A stretch of DNA of 48,421 bases from IMG/VR virus record IMGVR_UViG_2907227753_000005, one strand, 5' to 3'. Of the stretch, positions 44,801-48,421 are shown one piece after another. The notes beneath the pieces were generated by a model that had not been told where the DNA came from, searched no databases, and saw only the letters and a program-made list of their open reading frames with translations. The DNA is from a virus. Lineage: Duplodnaviria > Heunggongvirae > Uroviricota > Caudoviricetes. Positions within the stretch are counted from its first letter, which is position 1; every line of letters starts with the position of its first letter. Made by a program: the position numbers and the translations under genes.

Positions 44801-47800
44801 GCTTGCCCTGTGGAGTACTCATCATTGAGATACATCTGCCGCAGGAAAGGACTTCCGAGAGTGTACTCCTCATCAACGTACCCGAAGCGATCACGGGGTG
44901 CCCCGCCCATTGCGAACTCGGTATGAAGCTGTCCACCAATCTCTTCCCGTGTGCCCAAGGAGTACTCATCTGATGTGTAGCCGCCGCGTTCGTACTTGCT
45001 TCCCAAGGAGTATTCATCCGAGGTATAGCCGCCACGTTCATGCTTGCTTCCCAGGGAGTATTCGTCTGAAGTGGTGCCGCCGCGCTCGTGCTTGTCGCCC
45101 ATGTACTCAGGATCATCAGGGTAAAGACCACCGTCAGGGGTGAGTGTTCCTGTCCAATCAGGGAACTCAATGATGGCAGGTCTCGTTCTGAAGTCGTCCC
45201 CGTACAGGACTTCCTCAATCTCACCGTGCAGTGTTTCTTTGATCTTGGTGCCCTCGAACCCAACATCCACCATGTGAGACTCACGTTTGTCCTTATCAGC
45301 AATAGTCAGTTCCAAATCAACAATACCTTCTTTGGTAACACTGGACGCTAACGGGTAATCATTAGAAGTGAACCCTTCACTAGCTTCCTTAACACCCTCG
45401 AAGTTCAGTGTGATAATGCCTGACTTCGTACCGTCCTTGGAACCCGCAAGGATACCGCTGTCGATAAGGGCATCAATACGCTCCTTCACACCAACGATAA
45501 ATTCCTCATCAAGGTAAGCAGGTGCGTCAGCATTGTGAACCGCGTCGATCATCAATTCTAAGATCACCGCAGGTCTGTTCTGAAGCAACTCACCTACGAT
45601 CATGTCCTCGTCAAGATAACCTGGGTATTCCTTGTTTCCGAGCCAACCGCCGCCCGCCAACCTATCCAATAGCTCATCACGGTAGATCGTTGGTCTTCCC
45701 AGTTCCTTGATCGACTGCATGACTCTTTCCAACCGCATATTTTTCTGTCCCTTACTGAACTCAAGCGGCTTTTCAGTGAGGTGCATATTCTTCTGCGTAT
45801 GGTTCTTGCCGAACGATTCCAAGAAGCTCAAATGGGTGTCTCGGGAGATTTCCTTGTCAGCCGAAACGTGTTCGGTCAGCCACATGTCACGCTCACTTTC
45901 CCTATCCGAAGCAACCAAGTCGTTTGTATGCAGACCAAAAGAATCGTTCCTCTCAGCACCCTCCTCGATCTTAGGTAGTAACATATTGCGTGGGGCTGTA
46001 CTTGCTTCATGGAAACGCTCCTCGATGTAAGCTTCAACCTTATCGTCCCTCACACCCAGGTGGTACTTCTGTAGAACGTCCAAGGCTTCAGTGAATACCC
46101 TTTTACCCACAGGTCTTTCGTGCTCAATATAACCTAACGTCTTTCTTACCCTGCTTGATTCCTGAAGGTCTCTGAACACAAAACCGTACTCTGTGCTGTC
46201 TCGGTAAGCCTGTTGCATTTCCCGATCTACAGTTCCCTGAACCACGAAGATTCTCTTAGCAGTAGGTTTATCCTGCTCAATATACATGCTCTCTACGAAC
46301 AACCTCTGTGCAGGGGTAAGGTCTTCGATCAGGTGCATCTTCTCGACAATATCACGGGAAGCCCAAGGGAACTCCTTGTCGATAACTGCCACGGTGTCAA
46401 TGTCACGGTGTGCCAGGATGATACCCGATTCTGTTACCGTGGGATGCTTGTCGATGATACGAGTAGCCATGATAGGGTTCCATAGAATGTCACTTGGACG
46501 GAGAACTGGTTCATAGCGGAATCTTACGCGTGTACCTTCAGTCAGCTCATCATGTAGGTGTATTTGACCCTTACCGATCTCTCGCACACCCCGCACCTCT
46601 CGATGAAGAAGCGTAGGGTACTGTCTGTCCTTCAGTTTTGCCAGTACGTTCTCATGGATCATTAACCCTTCTTCAATGTCGCGGCGGGCTTGGCCAAGCT
46701 CAGCAATAAACGCCTTCTCGCTGAACTCCCTCGATGCTTCAATGATCTTGTCTGTAGTGGAGCCGCTGAAGGTCGTTTCTCTCAGTGCCTTGTCCATAGT
46801 TCTCATCAGTGCCAGTTTTGCTTCGTCCACCCGCGTACCTACAGGGCGAGAGTAGTCAATAAACAGGTACTTGACTTCCTGAAAACGTCTGATGAAAGCG
46901 GTAGACATGTCATTCGGCACAACCATCTCGTGATTGTCGATAACCCTTGCCCCTAGGATCGTGGCTTCTTGTACCATAGCTTCTCTTTCAATGTCACGAG
47001 TACCTAGAAGGTCTTGATACAGCACCTCGACTTCCTGACGGGATACCCGCTCTGCTTTAATCGTCTCGCTAAGCTCAGTATCCCTTAGATGGCTCATGAC
47101 TGCTTTCAGTAGCGGCTCTGTCTCTGCGGATCGACCAATGATCTTCTCAACAGCATCATACAGCCCCGCCATATCCAGGTCAGGCTGATCGTCCCTTACG
47201 GAGTCCACTAGCTCACGGACAACCATCCCGTACTCGCTAACCTTATCTGCACTGTCGGCATAGTCAGCAATCATACCGAACTCGTTGACCCTAAAACTGA
47301 TCTTACTCGGGTCGATCTTACCGAGGTTCTGTACAAACCTGCGTGTAAGCCCCAGGTTGCGAACGATCTTCAACTCCTTGTCGTTGTCCACCCGCCAACC
47401 CTCAGTCATACCATCATCCAGGGAAGCGTCCTTCAGGAAGTTAGGTCTGTGACCCATAGGATGCTCGTCGGACTCAAGTGCTTCGATCAAGGCTGTTCGC
47501 TCTGCTTCAAAAGAGAACTCCATCATGTGACCTCTGCCATCCTTTGTTGAGTCGCCTGAAACCTGTTCGTGCAGTAATCCAGTTTTTGATTGCTTCCCGT
47601 CACCGAAGACAATGAACCCTTCCTCCGCTTCCATGTCCTTACGGATAGCTTGGATGAGGTCGTGATTAATACCGTAAGAAACAGAACGGGCTACGTAGAA
47701 GTCGAGCATTAGGACACTTGGGTACCGACTATAAGGCATATAGATAAACCGATACTCCTCTGGTCTACTTCCTGTGGTGCCAACGGTGAAAAGGTAACCG

Positions 47801-47859
47801 TACTGCGTGGTTGTATAGTCTATTACAGTAAAATCGTACTGGCTTACAACTTGATTCAC
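41830..47859 (-). CDS. 2009-aa repetitive virion protein with C-terminal DUF1080/LamG-like lectin domain
   Basis: long array of 14-16-aa degenerate repeats; C-terminal YKFS.DFK...D.DG.GIIF.Y.D..NYW...W.TL.V.V..G.I. Confidence 0.75.
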   Translation of the reverse strand: MNQVVSQYDFTVIDYTTTQYGYLFTVGTTGSRPEEYRFIYMPYSRYPSVLMLDFYVARSVSYGINHDLIQAIRKDMEAEEGFIVFGDGKQSKTGLLHEQVSGDSTKDGRGHMMEFSFEAERTALIEALESDEHPMGHRPNFLKDASLDDGMTEGWRVDNDKELKIVRNLGLTRRFVQNLGKIDPSKISFRVNEFGMIADYADSADKVSEYGMVVRELVDSVRDDQPDLDMAGLYDAVEKIIGRSAETEPLLKAVMSHLRDTELSETIKAERVSRQEVEVLYQDLLGTRDIEREAMVQEATILGARVIDNHEMVVPNDMSTAFIRRFQEVKYLFIDYSRPVGTRVDEAKLALMRTMDKALRETTFSGSTTDKIIEASREFSEKAFIAELGQARRDIEEGLMIHENVLAKLKDRQYPTLLHREVRGVREIGKGQIHLHDELTEGTRVRFRYEPVLRPSDILWNPIMATRIIDKHPTVTESGIILAHRDIDTVAVIDKEFPWASRDIVEKMHLIEDLTPAQRLFVESMYIEQDKPTAKRIFVVQGTVDREMQQAYRDSTEYGFVFRDLQESSRVRKTLGYIEHERPVGKRVFTEALDVLQKYHLGVRDDKVEAYIEERFHEASTAPRNMLLPKIEEGAERNDSFGLHTNDLVASDRESERDMWLTEHVSADKEISRDTHLSFLESFGKNHTQKNMHLTEKPLEFSKGQKNMRLERVMQSIKELGRPTIYRDELLDRLAGGGWLGNKEYPGYLDEDMIVGELLQNRPAVILELMIDAVHNADAPAYLDEEFIVGVKERIDALIDSGILAGSKDGTKSGIITLNFEGVKEASEGFTSNDYPLASSVTKEGIVDLELTIADKDKRESHMVDVGFEGTKIKETLHGEIEEVLYGDDFRTRPAIIEFPDWTGTLTPDGGLYPDDPEYMGDKHERGGTTSDEYSLGSKHERGGYTSDEYSLGSKYERGGYTSDEYSLGTREEIGGQLHTEFAMGGAPRDRFGYVDEEYTLGSPFLRQMYLNDEYSTGQAKSREGYTNDEYSMGTAKSREGDISYEYSIGTSKSREGFTNDEYSIGSLKPRQGAIDIEYSLATLQLRQTFVSDDYSIGTARARDGFTNDEYTLGTSNLRQLHINDEYTIGTREAQQSILDDSSVEAVREGLIGTVSDDSIFAVTESQPAFLNTDLTAERNTKDAHLHEELTAIKLSKDAHVHETESNVVKLRFSQLDEGTLFGVKDVKDSVIELFLDGIKGGKLAEIEDTVFGNVLPKAAYDFGDETIFALKGERDSFNFGDETIFAIKGTKDSVTFDDLVGYKNVNDSYLHDNLFAIKNPKDSYLHETTESGKEKIGELEEQLVADKPQYGYLDPLLPLGGTSLKYGDVPVESVGGTGLKYGDIPIEIVGGTSLKYGDVPIEIVGGTKLKYGTIEEELTADKPQYGNLEENLLADKPQYGHLEENLVGFKNAKDSFVHDNLFAYKDGKDAFLHNNVFAFKDVKDAEIEGTIFAGKGERDSYLEDSLFARKGGREAHLHETIDDVLKMRNASIDEDLLFGGKGLRDSVLETELVGIQYKQVEMIEGVFAHKGIREGYMHEGESNVVKIRNANLDEEAFFAGKGDRSAHLHEIEGNVVKERHGDIGEDLYGHSLQRLGYSDDELSYGSKDVDGGFVVGDGETIGRKLMDAGYTSDEYSLATHQSRAGYTEDDYSLAHKEERESFVERQLPVGTANARLSEIEDLESLMATFEERCSQVITGFIFAERPEARAEYLEQLHAFLPERTAHLMEIYHVAKTEPRDSFLQTDEHLAFRDQPSEAYLPIMDTMAQGLIYDYTNDLLDQGMNPEDWEGGFGVPEDYDPEDPFNVYYPYSKDMDALELSQTDDWIEFGDGEWERDKLIGKFYSKSDIPTVGGWYRNNFLADKYKFSIDFKVDTEGDADGAGIIFKYYDENNYWMFMVHGGDADNSLGMRRPMQLFKVVGGTPTAIGSPMQPFKWEKDKWYTLSVSVMDGRIQIYTDYKLQYDLTGTD
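43540..43845 (-). repeat. 42-nt units (QYG.LEE.L.ADKP) flanking four 45-nt units (KYGD.P.E.VGGT.L)
   Basis: 45-nt period at 43622, 43667, 43712, 43757; 42-nt units at 43540, 43582 and near 43807. Confidence 0.8.
44954..45097 (-). repeat. three 48-nt tandem units (K.ERGG.TSDEYSLGS), core of a longer degenerate array of about 44470-45100
   Basis: units start at 44954, 45002 and 45050. Confidence 0.85.
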
Positions 47860-47880
47860 GTCACCGCCCCCTTTAAATTA

Positions 47881-47920
47881 AAAAGGGAACCTCCTGAGTG
47901 GAGTCTCAGAAAGTTCCCTC
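47881..47920 (-). terminator. terminator-like hairpin between promoter copy 13 and the 2009-aa gene
   Basis: GGGAAC...CTGAG/CTCAG...GTTCCC plus TTTTT. Confidence 0.65.
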
Positions 47921-47928
47921 TTACTGAA

Positions 47929-47957
47929 TCTATACGACTCAGCTATCGTGCAGTTTA
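47929..47957 (-). promoter_or_regulatory. phage-specific promoter copy 13 (variant -35 TAAACT)
   Basis: CGTATAGA intergenic, degenerate -35. Confidence 0.55.
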
Positions 47958-47959
47958 AC

Positions 47960-48421
47960 TTACAGCGGGTAACGGACTTCCTTCAGGATCGCTACGCCCA
48001 TTCGTTGGTTCGCAGACAGGTTCATGAAGGTTTGCTCTGTGTCCGTATCGAAGTAGCGGTACACCTCTTGGTTCCAAGGCTTGCCTTCTACGTCAATGAT
48101 AAGCTCATCCAGGTGAAGGATGTTGTGCTTAGTAACCGCGATGCAGTTGTCGAACTGTCCACGGTAACCCTCGTAAGGGTGAACCACGTAGATCGGAGAC
48201 AGGTGGTACTTGGAAGTCCACTTGGACGCTTGGAAACCTTGTGGTTCCAGTTCCAAACCAGTGTCGCCCAGTTCAGGGTCAAGGTAGGCTTTGCCCTTAG
48301 GTGGAGCCTGTGTGATGAACGATGGGTAGTGACGTTGGAACTCAATACCCGATTTCGTCTTCAGCATTTGCAGGGTGTTGTTACCTGCGGAAGTGTACTG
48401 ACCGAAGTAGTACGTTCCAGT
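47960..48421 (-). CDS. virion structural protein, 5'-truncated by the window edge
   Basis: the frame stays open from ATG 48367 to 48421 (TGTYYFGQYTSAGNNTLQMLK...). Confidence 0.65.
   Translation of the reverse strand, partial: TGTYYFGQYTSAGNNTLQMLKTKSGIEFQRHYPSFITQAPPKGKAYLDPELGDTGLELEPQGFQASKWTSKYHLSPIYVVHPYEGYRGQFDNCIAVTKHNILHLDELIIDVEGKPWNQEVYRYFDTDTEQTFMNLSANQRMGVAILKEVRYPL

Noticed and set aside
43540-45100. Regularly spaced DNA repeats as a CRISPR array
   Set aside because: Periods are multiples of 3, lie in frame within a CDS and have no unique spacers; the Cas4-like gene has no cas1/cas2 neighbours.
30933-47859. Diversity-generating retroelement acting on fibre genes
   Set aside because: No reverse transcriptase and no template/variable repeat pair differing at adenines in this window.

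Overview
48.4 kb segment of a large tailed phage or prophage genome of a Bacillales host (strong Firmicutes-type Shine-Dalgarno sites, Bacillus-type LexA box). Almost everything is on the minus strand. The left two-thirds (1-28.1 kb) is a nucleotide-metabolism, recombination and replication module: dUTPase, class I ribonucleotide reductase alpha and beta, RecA, two resolvase-like nucleases, a Cas4-like nuclease, RNase H, family A DNA polymerase, SSB, an ECF-like sigma factor, primase, ThyX, RtcB, ATP-dependent DNA ligase, DnaB helicase, DnaC-like loader and an HTH initiator. A lone plus-strand XerC/D-type tyrosine recombinase separates this from a virion tail, baseplate and fibre module (29-48.4 kb) that includes 1559-aa and 2009-aa proteins. 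The main observations from reading the sequence are: (1) a 13-copy phage-specific promoter, TTAACT-N15-CGTATAGA, in front of replication and structural operons, including the primase-sigma operon itself; (2) a dense control region at 19.9-20.9 kb with a perfect LexA box, a SigA-driven ~160-nt structured RNA or attenuator, and two ORFs that appear to start at AUA; (3) a probable +1 frameshift joining a zinc-ribbon mini-gene to an HTH gene; (4) a 1559-aa fibre whose domains look nested in an out-and-back arrangement. Family assignments come from motif recognition only; no database searches were run.
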